Shown one piece after another: positions 50,357-59,701 of a stretch of 64,000 bases of DNA; positions within the stretch are counted from its first letter, which is position 1, and every line of letters starts with the position of its first letter. Under the pieces are notes generated by a model. It made no database searches and was not told where the DNA came from. It saw only the letters and a program-made list of their open reading frames with translations. The stretch is taken from contig JAFGMG010000001.1 in the NCBI GenBank assembly GCA_016927655.1, forward strand, positions 179,599 through 243,598, read 5' to 3'. This DNA is from Candidatus Dojkabacteria bacterium (lineage in GTDB: Bacteria > Patescibacteriota > Dojkabacteria > B142 > JAFGMG01). The translations under genes and the position numbers were made by a program.

Positions 50357-51034
50357 TTAAATTATTACCCTTCCCCACCCCTCTGCGATAATTATATGAT
50401 CGAGAAGCTGAATATCCAGCAGATCACAAGCGGAGCGGACTTTTTGGGTAAATAAAATATCCTGCCTGGAGGGTACGGTATCTCCGCTTGGATGATTGTG
50501 CAGAAGAATAATACTTTTGGAAAGAAGTTCTACCGCCGGCTGCAGGATATTTTTCACCGAGGTGTTGATCGAGTCCGCTCCGCCTATGCTTATTAACTCT
50601 TCATGAATAATTCTCTGCCTGGTATTTAGATAAATCGCCCGCAGTTCTTCTCGTTTGAGTTTTCCCATCGATTTAAACAGCTTATAAACATCCTCTGCAT
50701 CGCGGATTACAGGCATTCTTTCATTTGTCTCTTTGAAGAATCTGCGCCCAAGCTCAAATAACGCTACTAGCTGGCAGGCTTTTGCATTTCCCAGGCCAAG
50801 AATATCTTGCACTTTCCCGACATCTTTAATATTTGTAATCGATCTGGAGCCATATTCTTTTAGACATCTCGCCGATAGATCCAAAACACCCTCTTTCCTC
50901 GTTCCAGTGATAAAAATCGTCGCAAGAAGCTCCGCGTTGCTCAATACATCCGGACCATGCGCTATTAGTTTTTCACGAGGCCGCTGTTCAAATTCCAAAT
51001 CGCTGATTTCATCTATATTTTCATAGTTTGACAT
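50357..51034 (-). CDS. radC: RadC family JAB-domain protein
   Basis: RPREKL, LSNAELLA, GLGNAKA, ELGRR, HNHPSGD..PS.QD, LLDHIII. Confidence 0.93.
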   Translation of the reverse strand: MSNYENIDEISDLEFEQRPREKLIAHGPDVLSNAELLATIFITGTRKEGVLDLSARCLKEYGSRSITNIKDVGKVQDILGLGNAKACQLVALFELGRRFFKETNERMPVIRDAEDVYKLFKSMGKLKREELRAIYLNTRQRIIHEELISIGGADSINTSVKNILQPAVELLSKSIILLHNHPSGDTVPSRQDILFTQKVRSACDLLDIQLLDHIIIAEGWGRVII

Positions 51035-51147
51035 TATCTACCCACTAACAATTCCTTGATCCTACCAGACAAACCTTGCCAGATTATGGAAATATTATTG
51101 CGTTTCACTGGAAATTGACAGGGACAGGTTCGCCAGACGAGTTCATC

Positions 51148-51158
51148 TGCGTTATAAT
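51148..51158 (+). promoter_or_regulatory. extended -10 promoter element TGCGTTATAAT
   Basis: Perfect TATAAT 27 nt upstream of the NYN start; same 11-mer recurs before ileS and the amidase. Confidence 0.6.
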
Positions 51159-51184
51159 GGGTCATTAACTTTTATAAATTAAGA

Positions 51185-51721
51185 ATGATTGTCAGAAATA
51201 AAGATCAACGAGTTGCAGTACTAGTCGATGTACAGAATATGTATTATTCAGCGAAGAATCTTTATCAATCAAAAGTAAATTTTAAAAATTTACTTGATGT
51301 TGCTGTTCAAGGGCGGATACTAACAAGAGCTATCGCATACGTAATAAACACCGAACTAGGCAAGAAAAATGAGTTTTTTGACGCGGTGAATAGCGCAGGT
51401 TTTGAGACAAAAGAAAAAGAACTTCAGATATTTGCCGGTGGAGCGAAAAAAGGTGACTGGGACGTAGGAATTGCAATGGACGCGGTTAGACTTGGGAACA
51501 AAGTCGACTCAATAGTTTTAATCTCAGGTGATGGAGATTTCAAACCTGTTGTAAATTACCTTCAACAGTCACTTGGCTGTTTGGTTGAGGTAGTCGCCTT
51601 TGGCAAATCAGCAAATGCAGGACTTGTTGAACAGGCAGATGATTTTATCGATATCGATCAAAATCAGGCAAAACTGCTTTTTAAAGAACGCAAAACAAGC
51701 GAGACAAGAACTGCAAAATAA
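51185..51721 (+). CDS. NYN/LabA-DUF88 PIN-like nuclease
   Basis: VDVQNMY, KKGDWDVGIAMD, SGDGDF, ADDFIDI. Confidence 0.9.
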   Translation: MIVRNKDQRVAVLVDVQNMYYSAKNLYQSKVNFKNLLDVAVQGRILTRAIAYVINTELGKKNEFFDAVNSAGFETKEKELQIFAGGAKKGDWDVGIAMDAVRLGNKVDSIVLISGDGDFKPVVNYLQQSLGCLVEVVAFGKSANAGLVEQADDFIDIDQNQAKLLFKERKTSETRTAK

Positions 51722-51833
51722 AATAACTGGGAATTATGCACACGATGCATAGATCGTGTTAAAAAAACTTTAAGAACAAGTGAAAAAAAACGAAATATTC
51801 TGTGGAAGTGGGGTTTGTTTATACCACTATGAC

Positions 51834-51876
51834 AAAATCGACAAATATGTTGTATATGACATAAATGTCGATTTTT
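51834..51876. terminator. imperfect palindrome between convergent NYN and fmt genes, possible bidirectional terminator
   Basis: AAAATCGACA (51834-43) / TGTCGATTTT (51866-75) with inner TATGT/ACATA stem. Confidence 0.45.
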
Positions 51877-51900
51877 CGATAATGTTTTGGAGAGGTATCC

Positions 51901-52872
51901 TCATACATGAGAAGCCAAGTAGAGATATTCTGAAACGGCTTTTCGTTCTTTGCCTTCCAGCTGGATTTCCTCAAGTTCCAACGCCCCGCCTTTTAATGGG
52001 ACAAATAGGCCTTTCCCGTTTTTGACTATTTCGAGAGTTTTTGCATTTCCATGTTGTTTAAACTCAATCTTAGTCTCAATCTTAAGATCTCCAATTTTCG
52101 CTTTAAAAATTTTCAGCCTCTTCTCTTCCCCATTGACCCCAACGAATCCCCAAGCCACAGGCCAAGAATAGAAAGCTCTGATCATTCTCTCGGCTACCGC
52201 GACCTCTGTGTCAGGCGTGATTTGTGCTTTTTCTTTTGAGATGTCTTTTTGGACACAATATGTCGCCTCTGAATCATTTTGAGAAGAAGCCTCAAGACCG
52301 CCTTCTATCCAGCCTTTTATTACTTCTTCGATTCTTCCTCCGGCAAGGGAAGAAAGCTTTTTGCTTAAGCTCTTTGTTGTTTCATCATCTGAAATTTTGA
52401 CTCTAAAACTTTTAATCACGTCACCCGCATCCAATTTATCGATCATTTTTTGGAAACTTATTCCGGTTTCTTCAAGCCCCTGGAGAATTGCCATTGGGAT
52501 TGGAACTGCGCCACGAAGTTTTGGCAAAAGCGAAGCGTGGACATTTATGCAGCCAAATTTTGGATATTCAAGCATCTCATTTGGGATCATCTGACCAAAA
52601 GACGCAACTATTATCAATTCAGGTGAAGTTTCTTCAAGGATTTTTCCCGCCTCATCTTTTAATTTTTCTGGTTTAAACAGCTTCAGATTTTCAATATCTT
52701 TGGCATAATCTGCAACAGCAGAAGGTTTCAGCTCCGAGTGATGTCTGCCCGTCGGCTTATCTGGCTGGGTCACAACTCCGACAAGGTCAATAAAATCTAT
52801 TTTTACAAGCCTTGTTAAAATCGGAATTGCAAAATCACTAGTACCAATAAAAAGTGTGCGGATTGTTTTCAT
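51901..52872 (-). CDS. fmt: methionyl-tRNA formyltransferase
   Basis: FIGTSDFA, VVTQPDKP, INVHASLLPKLRGAVPI, LDAGD, IRAF..WP, QLEGK; start set at ATG 52872. Confidence 0.95.
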   Translation of the reverse strand: MKTIRTLFIGTSDFAIPILTRLVKIDFIDLVGVVTQPDKPTGRHHSELKPSAVADYAKDIENLKLFKPEKLKDEAGKILEETSPELIIVASFGQMIPNEMLEYPKFGCINVHASLLPKLRGAVPIPMAILQGLEETGISFQKMIDKLDAGDVIKSFRVKISDDETTKSLSKKLSSLAGGRIEEVIKGWIEGGLEASSQNDSEATYCVQKDISKEKAQITPDTEVAVAERMIRAFYSWPVAWGFVGVNGEEKRLKIFKAKIGDLKIETKIEFKQHGNAKTLEIVKNGKGLFVPLKGGALELEEIQLEGKERKAVSEYLYLASHV

Positions 52873-52873
52873 T

Positions 52874-53563
52874 TCAGTACTGCTCAAAATATATCTGCTC
52901 CTTTTTTACACCCTTTAGTTCAAGTGCGGATTTTACACTCTCAAGCATGTCTTTTATGCCACAGATATAATAATCGGCCTTTGGATCAATGTCATTGAGA
53001 TATTCGGTAACTCTGCCGACTGATTTTTTGATATTTCCCATATCCCCAGGCAGCCAAGCTTCTGTCGGTCTTGTAACACTGAGATTAAAACTGAAATTTG
53101 GATATTTCCCCGCTAATTCAGTCAGATCTTTCTCTTTTAGAATGTCTTTTTCATAACGAGTGCCGAAAAGAAGATGTAACTTCCTCGGATATCCTGCATT
53201 TAACTGTTCTTTGATCATTGAAATACAGGGTGCAATCCCAGTTCCTGTAGCAATAAAAACCGCATCTCCTCGTGATTTGAAATTGAAATTACCCATTGGG
53301 CCTATTATATCGACCTCATCTCCAACTTTTACCTTTTCAAAAAACTTTGAGCCGGGACCTCCCGGATCAGTATTGACAAGAAATTCCAGTTCCGGCTCGT
53401 CAGGTCCAGATGAGATTGAATAATACCGCTTGAGCTTGTCGCCAACGATAAATGCTGCAAACTGACCTGCCTTGAATTCAAATGGTTTCTCAAATTTACT
53501 GCAATACAATTGAGAACTTACTTCTTCTTTTGAAAGCAGCTTAATCTTGTGTGATTTTGGCAT
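52874..53563 (-). CDS. FNR-like FAD/NAD(P)H oxidoreductase (cytochrome-b5-reductase/ferredoxin-reductase family)
   Basis: FKAGQF, RYYSISS, GPGS, GPMGNF, IATGTGIAP, LFGTR, YICG, FEQY. Confidence 0.9.
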   Translation of the reverse strand: MPKSHKIKLLSKEEVSSQLYCSKFEKPFEFKAGQFAAFIVGDKLKRYYSISSGPDEPELEFLVNTDPGGPGSKFFEKVKVGDEVDIIGPMGNFNFKSRGDAVFIATGTGIAPCISMIKEQLNAGYPRKLHLLFGTRYEKDILKEKDLTELAGKYPNFSFNLSVTRPTEAWLPGDMGNIKKSVGRVTEYLNDIDPKADYYICGIKDMLESVKSALELKGVKKEQIYFEQY

Positions 53564-53564
53564 A

Positions 53565-53945
53565 CTAGTTTATTACTGAACTAACAATATATGGGGCGAT
53601 TTTTGTAATTGAGTCATTTGATAGTTTTTCAAGCTCCGTCCCGCACTCAGATTCATTTACATCTTTCAATTCACTAAGAATAGAGCTGACATCGTAAACA
53701 TTGCTCTGATAAATCACCCAGCAATTTTCAGCAGTATTGTATTGGACAATTGAGGGAGAATTGAAACTACTAGCCTCATTAAACTGCGTTTCATTTAGAT
53801 CTGTTATCTGGTCCTCTTCAGACAAGTCATTTTGCTCATCAAGAAGTATAAATATTGTTGAAGCAATGATCAACCCTGCAACTGTTAGGCCGACCAGGCC
53901 TATTAACATTCTTCTTGGGACGTTTTTTGGGATTACTATTTTCAT
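53565..53945 (-). CDS. membrane-anchored cytochrome b5-like domain protein lacking heme-ligating histidines
   Basis: N-terminal TM; YNTAENCWVIYQSNVYDVS matches the b5 signature; no HPGG and no His in the protein. Confidence 0.65.
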   Translation of the reverse strand: MKIVIPKNVPRRMLIGLVGLTVAGLIIASTIFILLDEQNDLSEEDQITDLNETQFNEASSFNSPSIVQYNTAENCWVIYQSNVYDVSSILSELKDVNESECGTELEKLSNDSITKIAPYIVSSVIN

Positions 53946-54019
53946 AAGGACAGTATACATGAACTGGCTCAAGGCTTCTAGATATTTTATCTTTGATTTT
54001 TTAGAATTCTTGATCAGTA

Positions 54020-54030
54020 TGCGCTATAAT
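54020..54030 (+). promoter_or_regulatory. extended -10 promoter element TGCGCTATAAT for ileS
   Basis: Perfect TATAAT 36 nt before the ileS ATG. Confidence 0.6.
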
Positions 54031-54065
54031 TGCCTTGTTTTAGTATGTATTTTATAGCTACGCAA

Positions 54066-57000
54066 ATGCCAATATTCAAACCAGTTGATCCGCGGGCAAA
54101 ATTCCCTGCACTTGAAGACGCAATAACAAAATTCTGGAAAGAAAATAAAATTTTCGAGAAATCTATTGAAATTAGACCGGTAAGTGACAAATATGTCTTC
54201 TATGACGGTCCTCCATTTATCACAGGAATGCCTCACTACGGACATTTACTGGGGAGTATTGCAAAAGACGTGGTACCAAGGTACTGGACTATGAATGGGA
54301 AGCGGATCGAAAGAGTCTGGGGCTGGGATTGCCATGGCTTACCGATCGAGAATAAAGTCGAAGAGAAAATTGGGCTGAAGAACAGGCGTGATATTGAAAA
54401 ATTCGGGATAGAAAATTTTGTAAAAGAATGCTACAAATACACTGAGGAAACTAGTGCAGAATGGAAATGGTACATAGACAAAATCGGCAGATGGGTCGAC
54501 ATGGATCAAGCCTACAGGACAATGGATCAGGACTACATGGAGACTGTCATCTGGGTATTTAAGCAGCTATGGGACAAGAGGCTTGTCTATCAAGGTACGA
54601 GAGTTTCTCTCTTTTGCACCAGATGCGGAACACCAGTTTCAAATTTTGAAATCGCAATGGATAACAGTTATGAAGACATGGAAGACCCAGCTGTTACGGT
54701 TAAATTCCCGCTCAAGGACGTCGAAGGGACAAAATTCGAAGGTGCCAGCATCCTTGCCTGGACGACTACCCCATGGACACTGCCAAGTAATAGGGCTTTG
54801 GTTGTAGACGAAAATGAGGACTATGTCTTGGTAAATGTACAGAAATTAGAAATTGAACTAGAAAAGTGCTGGCTGATCAAAGAACTTCCAAAAGATCTGA
54901 CGAAACAAAAATCATCGCAGATCACACAGGCGTATCTGGAAAATTTTGTAGATGAAAAAGGTATAAAACCAAAACAAGCCAGAATTCGGAAATTAGATAA
55001 TAAATATACGTTTACTTTGAAATATTTTGCCGGCAGTGAAGAAGAAAAAGGGCAATTAGTAGAAAAAATCGAAGAGATTACAAAGGAAAAATACATTGAA
55101 CTTATCAAGCAAGCCACGAAGAAAGTTGTAAAAACTAGATATTATTATCCATTAGACGAAAAATTTGTAGCCGAGATAGACATCTACGCGAATAATTTAG
55201 AGGGCTTGAACGTAGTTGAGGTCGAATTTCCAAGTATAAAAGCCGAACAGGAATTTGTAGTGCCAGAATGGTTTGGAAAAGAGGTTACAGAATCAGAAGG
55301 AGTATGTCCGCCAAAAATTGCGGAGATGTCATTTAGTGATGTTGTAGAAATTAACAATAATTTTAGCCAACCAGAACACCACTATGAAGAATCCGTCCAA
55401 ACGCATAGAGTGATACTTGCGAAGAAAAGAGTTGGGGCAGTTTTAAAAGATCTTGATTATCAGATCATGGAAGAATTTAAAGGCAAAGAGCTTGTCGGAC
55501 TTAGCTACTCTGCTCCATTCGACTATTATCCTGCCAATGATAAAGAACTTAAGGTTTATTCTTACGAAGGCATGGTAACTATGGACGAGGGAACAGGGAT
55601 TGTGCACTCTGCTCCGGGATTCGGCGAAATCGACACTGAAATGGGGAATCACTATGGCTTACAAACAATGTTCGCAGTCAATGATGAGGGTAAATTCCAG
55701 CCCGAAGTCAAAGATTATGCTGGGATGTATATAAAAGACGCCGATCCAAAAATCATTGCTGATTTATTCAATAGAGACCTGATGTTCAAAGCAGAAAGGA
55801 TAGTTCATAGATATCCATACTGCTATAGATGCCACACACCACTTATACAAAAAGCACAGCCATCATGGTTTGTAGATATACAATCCATGAAAAAGGATAT
55901 GCTAAAAAATAATGAGAATACAAACTGGGTACCAGATCACCTGAAAGAAGGACGTTTTGCAAAAGGAATTGAACAAGCCCCTGACTGGGGGATTAGCAGG
56001 AGTAGATATTGGGCAACTCCAATGCCAGTATGGAAATGCGAGAAAGAAGGCTGCGATCATATGCAGGTTTTTGGATCTCGCGCAGAAATTGAAGAAAAAT
56101 CCGGTCAAAAGATTGAAAACTTTCATAGACCTTATATAGACGAAATCACAATGCCTTGTGAAAAATGCGGCGGAGTTATGAAAAGGATCCCCGAAGTACT
56201 CGATGTGTGGATGGACAGTGGATCAATGCCATATGCAGAAAGACACTATCCTTTCGAAAACAAAGAAGACTTTGAAGCAAATTATCCTGCAGACTATATA
56301 GTTGAATATGTCGGCCAGACAAGAGCTTGGTTCTACACTATGCATGTAATTTCAACCGGCTTATTCAATAGCGAAAGTTTCAAAAACGTCATTGGCACAG
56401 GAGTGATGGCGGGTACTGACGGAAGAAAAATGAGCAAGACATACGGAAATTATCCTGATCCGAAAGGAGTTCTCGAAACTTATGGAGCCGAAGCCATGAG
56501 AATGTATTTCATGGGCAGTTCAATAATGGTTGGAGAAGATATGAATATTTCCGAAGATGAATTTAAAGAACAGGTAAAAGCTTTCTTACTCCCATTCTGG
56601 AATAGTTACAGTTTCTTTGTAACTTATGCAAATATTCACAATTGGAGACCAAGAGCAGATCTTGTCCAGGTAGATGGCAAAGTTCCATTTGATCAATTTT
56701 CGAATAAGCTGGATCAATGGATAGCAGCAAAATTGCAGCTGGTGATAAGAAATATCAGGGAAAGTATGGAAGCATACAATATTCCAGCCGCAGTGAGGGA
56801 ATTGCCGGAATTCGTAAATATCTTATCCAAATGGTACATCAGAAGAAGCAGAGACAGGTTCAATGCAGGCGATTCACAGGCAATGGAAACTTTGTATTAC
56901 ATTCTCATTGAATTTGCAAAGGCAGCAGCGCCATTTATTCCATTCTTGACAGAAGAGATCTGGCAGAATTTAATCGTAAATGAACTCAAAGAGCAGCCGG

Positions 57001-57611
57001 AGTCAATTCACCTGGCAGATTATCCAAAAGACGATATTAGTTTCGCTGAAAAATCCGCAATGATGATGAAACAGATGGACGCGGTCCGTGAAATTGTGGG
57101 TCTTGGGCAAGCAGTTAGAGTCGAGAAAGGAATCAAAGTCCGCCAACCACTTGCAGAAATGGAGATCAACCTGGACATTCAGGGCCAGAGAGACTACGAA
57201 ATTGAAGACTGGATGAAGGAGCTGATCGCAGAGGAACTGAATATCAAAGTCATAGACGAAGATAATGCGCCTTCACAAGCTGAAGGCTGGGAATATAGAG
57301 AATCTCCAAGCGGACAGGTTCAAATTTCTATAAATACAAATCTAACCGATATACTTTTCCGTGAGGGTATTTATCGGGAGCTAGTTAGATTTATCCAGGC
57401 AAGAAGGAAGAAAGACGGGCTAAACGTCGAAGAGAAGATAAAAATAAACATCACGACCGAGGCAGCAGATCTTTTAATAGCAATTGATGAGTATAAAGAA
57501 CAACTGATCCAGACAACAAATGCAGTTGATATTAACGTCAATAAAGCCAGAACAAAAACCGGGCTAAAATTAAATGGTATGGATCTGGATTTGGAGATTT
57601 CCGCAGACTAA
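54066..57611 (+). CDS. ileS: isoleucine--tRNA ligase (type 2) with CYTH domain inserted in the CP1 editing domain
   Basis: DGPPFITGMPHYGH, GWDCHGLPIE, WTTTPWTLPSN, GTGIVHSAPGFGEID, DWGISRSRYW, GQTRAWFY, KMSKT, WYIRRSR; start ATG 54066. Confidence 0.96.
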   Translation: MPIFKPVDPRAKFPALEDAITKFWKENKIFEKSIEIRPVSDKYVFYDGPPFITGMPHYGHLLGSIAKDVVPRYWTMNGKRIERVWGWDCHGLPIENKVEEKIGLKNRRDIEKFGIENFVKECYKYTEETSAEWKWYIDKIGRWVDMDQAYRTMDQDYMETVIWVFKQLWDKRLVYQGTRVSLFCTRCGTPVSNFEIAMDNSYEDMEDPAVTVKFPLKDVEGTKFEGASILAWTTTPWTLPSNRALVVDENEDYVLVNVQKLEIELEKCWLIKELPKDLTKQKSSQITQAYLENFVDEKGIKPKQARIRKLDNKYTFTLKYFAGSEEEKGQLVEKIEEITKEKYIELIKQATKKVVKTRYYYPLDEKFVAEIDIYANNLEGLNVVEVEFPSIKAEQEFVVPEWFGKEVTESEGVCPPKIAEMSFSDVVEINNNFSQPEHHYEESVQTHRVILAKKRVGAVLKDLDYQIMEEFKGKELVGLSYSAPFDYYPANDKELKVYSYEGMVTMDEGTGIVHSAPGFGEIDTEMGNHYGLQTMFAVNDEGKFQPEVKDYAGMYIKDADPKIIADLFNRDLMFKAERIVHRYPYCYRCHTPLIQKAQPSWFVDIQSMKKDMLKNNENTNWVPDHLKEGRFAKGIEQAPDWGISRSRYWATPMPVWKCEKEGCDHMQVFGSRAEIEEKSGQKIENFHRPYIDEITMPCEKCGGVMKRIPEVLDVWMDSGSMPYAERHYPFENKEDFEANYPADYIVEYVGQTRAWFYTMHVISTGLFNSESFKNVIGTGVMAGTDGRKMSKTYGNYPDPKGVLETYGAEAMRMYFMGSSIMVGEDMNISEDEFKEQVKAFLLPFWNSYSFFVTYANIHNWRPRADLVQVDGKVPFDQFSNKLDQWIAAKLQLVIRNIRESMEAYNIPAAVRELPEFVNILSKWYIRRSRDRFNAGDSQAMETLYYILIEFAKAAAPFIPFLTEEIWQNLIVNELKEQPESIHLADYPKDDISFAEKSAMMMKQMDAVREIVGLGQAVRVEKGIKVRQPLAEMEINLDIQGQRDYEIEDWMKELIAEELNIKVIDEDNAPSQAEGWEYRESPSGQVQISINTNLTDILFREGIYRELVRFIQARRKKDGLNVEEKIKINITTEAADLLIAIDEYKEQLIQTTNAVDINVNKARTKTGLKLNGMDLDLEISAD
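54849..55325 (+). other. CYTH/triphosphate tunnel metalloenzyme-like domain inside IleRS
   Basis: ELEKCWL, ITQAYL, ARIRK, YTFTLK, VKTRYY, EIDIY, LEGLNVVEVEFPS, PEWFGKEVT in the order of CthTTM/class-IV-cyclase-like CYTH proteins. Confidence 0.82.
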
Positions 57612-57667
57612 TCCTTGAACATTGATCTTCAAACCACTATACTGGAGAAGTTATTAATCACCTTATC

Positions 57668-58348
57668 TTGAACGATACTAATCCATTTTTCTATGATCCG
57701 CCACAAGACCAGGTCAAAGGCGGCGTAATAATTGACATCATGCAGACGATTGTAATTGCCCTGGCAATATTTGTCTTCGTCTATATTTTCTTGGCCATCC
57801 CAAATCAAGTAGATGGTCAGTCTATGGAACCGAATTTTTATCATAACGAACTACTCCTAACTAATAAGGTTATCCAATTTATCGGGGACAAGGGCATTGG
57901 AGAAAGCCTCGGCTACGACTACAAAAGAGGGGATGTAGTTATTATGCAGTTACCAAATAATCCTGACTTTATAAAAAGAATTGTAGCTGGACCTGGCGAT
58001 ACTCTAAAAATTGAAGATCATCACGTAATTGTAAATGATATGGTTTTAAATGAAGCCTATATACCAACTACTACTAGAACCGATCCCGGGACATTTCTTG
58101 AAGAGGGTGTCGAAGTAACAGTCCCGGATGGACATTATTTTGTTATGGGGGACAACAGACAAGCAAGTAAAGATAGTAGATCAGCAGATGTCGGGTTTGT
58201 AAATAGAAAATACCTCAAAGGAAAAGTTTTCTTGAGATGGTGGCCATTAAATAGATTTGGGCTAATTGGGACCGGGAATTATACCGAAGAACCGGCCACC
58301 CAGACCGAATCAGACACAAGTCAGTTCCTGCTGCCCCAAGTAATGTAA
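57668..58348 (+). CDS. lepB: signal peptidase I
   Basis: TM then GQSMEPN (Ser), RGDVV, FIKRIVA (Lys), YFVMGDNR..SKDSR; TTG start uncertain. Confidence 0.93.
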   Translation: MNDTNPFFYDPPQDQVKGGVIIDIMQTIVIALAIFVFVYIFLAIPNQVDGQSMEPNFYHNELLLTNKVIQFIGDKGIGESLGYDYKRGDVVIMQLPNNPDFIKRIVAGPGDTLKIEDHHVIVNDMVLNEAYIPTTTRTDPGTFLEEGVEVTVPDGHYFVMGDNRQASKDSRSADVGFVNRKYLKGKVFLRWWPLNRFGLIGTGNYTEEPATQTESDTSQFLLPQVM

Positions 58349-58349
58349 T

Positions 58350-59102
58350 ATGATTATCGCATTCACAAACCAAAAAGGCGGAGTTGGCAAAACAACATCC
58401 GCATTAAATATCGGAGTATACCTCGCCAGCATGGGCAAAAAGGTATTACTCGTTGATGTTGATCCACAGGCAAACCTAACCTCAGGCATAGGGTTTGAAC
58501 GGACAAATCAAGGAAATGGAGCTTATGAGCTGCTGACACAGAAGATTCCAGCTGCAAAGAGTTTTTTCAGCACAAAAATTGAAAACCTTTATATAATCCC
58601 CTCTTCAATCGATCTTGCTGGAGCTGAAGTTGAACTCGTAAGCGCAATGAACAGGGAGCGAATTCTTTTTACTGCACTCAATGAAATAAAAAACTCATTT
58701 GATTTTGTATTGATTGACTGCCCGCCATCTCTGGGCCTTTTGACATTAAATGCGCTTACCTCAGCTGATGGAGTCATTATTCCGGTGCAGTGCGAATATT
58801 TTGCCCTCGAGGGACTTGGGCAGCTCATGAATACGATAAAGCTCGTAAAGAAAAATCTGAATCCAACTTTAAGCATTAAAGGAGTTCTGCTTACGATGTT
58901 TGATTCAAGAACGAATTTATCAAAAGAGATCGTAAACGAAGTGCAGGAATTTTTTAAAGATAAAGTTTTCAAAACAGTAGTGCCTAGAAATGTTCGCTTA
59001 TCTGAAGCGCCTTCCCATGGCGACCCGATAAGTACTTATGATCCAAAATCGCCTGGAGCGCTTGCATATAAATCTCTAGCCAAAGAAATTTTGAAAAAAT
59101 AA
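58350..59102 (+). CDS. parA: chromosome partitioning ATPase ParA/Soj
   Basis: NQKGGVGKTT, DVDPQANLT, IDCPPSLG, PVQCEYFALEGL, RNVRLSEAPS. Confidence 0.95.
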   Translation: MIIAFTNQKGGVGKTTSALNIGVYLASMGKKVLLVDVDPQANLTSGIGFERTNQGNGAYELLTQKIPAAKSFFSTKIENLYIIPSSIDLAGAEVELVSAMNRERILFTALNEIKNSFDFVLIDCPPSLGLLTLNALTSADGVIIPVQCEYFALEGLGQLMNTIKLVKKNLNPTLSIKGVLLTMFDSRTNLSKEIVNEVQEFFKDKVFKTVVPRNVRLSEAPSHGDPISTYDPKSPGALAYKSLAKEILKK

Positions 59103-59119
59103 ATTCTTAACAGAAAACA

Positions 59120-59692
59120 ATGCAAAAAAACTGGAATAAATTCTTTGATTCACACGGGAGATTCTATCTACTGCCACATGAAGATATTACAAAATTTATA
59201 AATCTATGCAAAGAGAGAAAATTAAATAAAATCCTGGATTTGGGATGCGGTCCGGGTCGCCATGTAGTTAAACTTGCAGAGGAAGGTTTTGAGGTCTTTG
59301 GAATTGATATCTCCCCATCAGCAGCAAGTCTTGCGGAAAAATGGCTTCATCAGAAAAACCTAGAAGCAGAAATTTTTGTGGCGGATTTTGATGACAAGCA
59401 AAAAGACTTTGAAGATAATTCTTTTGATGCGATTCTAGCCGTCAATACTCTTGAATATGGCCAGCAGGGGGAATTCGGAGAGAATCTTAAGCAGATAGGC
59501 AGACTTCTTAGAAAAGGCGGCCTCGTTTTTATCGTTTATCGAAGCGAGCAGTCACAGCTCAAACACCCCGATGTCCCGGTGCAATTTAAAAGTGAAGAAG
59601 ATCTAAAAGCAGAAATTGCCAAACACTTTGAAATCGAAGATTTTCACATTGATCAAAAACATAATTTTGTAGTTTTCGCAAAAAAAGCTTAA
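59120..59692 (+). CDS. class I SAM-dependent methyltransferase
   Basis: ILDLGCGPGRH, GIDIS, SFDAI, LLRKGG. Confidence 0.85.
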   Translation: MQKNWNKFFDSHGRFYLLPHEDITKFINLCKERKLNKILDLGCGPGRHVVKLAEEGFEVFGIDISPSAASLAEKWLHQKNLEAEIFVADFDDKQKDFEDNSFDAILAVNTLEYGQQGEFGENLKQIGRLLRKGGLVFIVYRSEQSQLKHPDVPVQFKSEEDLKAEIAKHFEIEDFHIDQKHNFVVFAKKA

Positions 59693-59701
59693 AATATCAT
59701 T

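Noticed and set aside
51101..51116. parS-like sequence CGTTTCACTGGAAATT
   Set aside because: Only 11/16 matches to TGTTTCACGTGAAACA with the central palindrome broken; no convincing parS found by eye.
50357..51721. radC + NYN as a defence island or mobile element
   Set aside because: Full-length chromosomal-type RadC and a standalone LabA-type NYN; no integrase, transposase or att repeats seen.
51841..51868. dif site (central TGTATA)
   Set aside because: Flanks do not match XerC/XerD arms (no TTATGTTAAAT), and the parAB neighbourhood suggests an origin-proximal rather than terminus location.
54849..55410. IleRS insertion as an intein
   Set aside because: No N-terminal C/S splicing block, no terminal His-Asn followed by C/S/T, no LAGLIDADG motif; the motifs fit CYTH instead.
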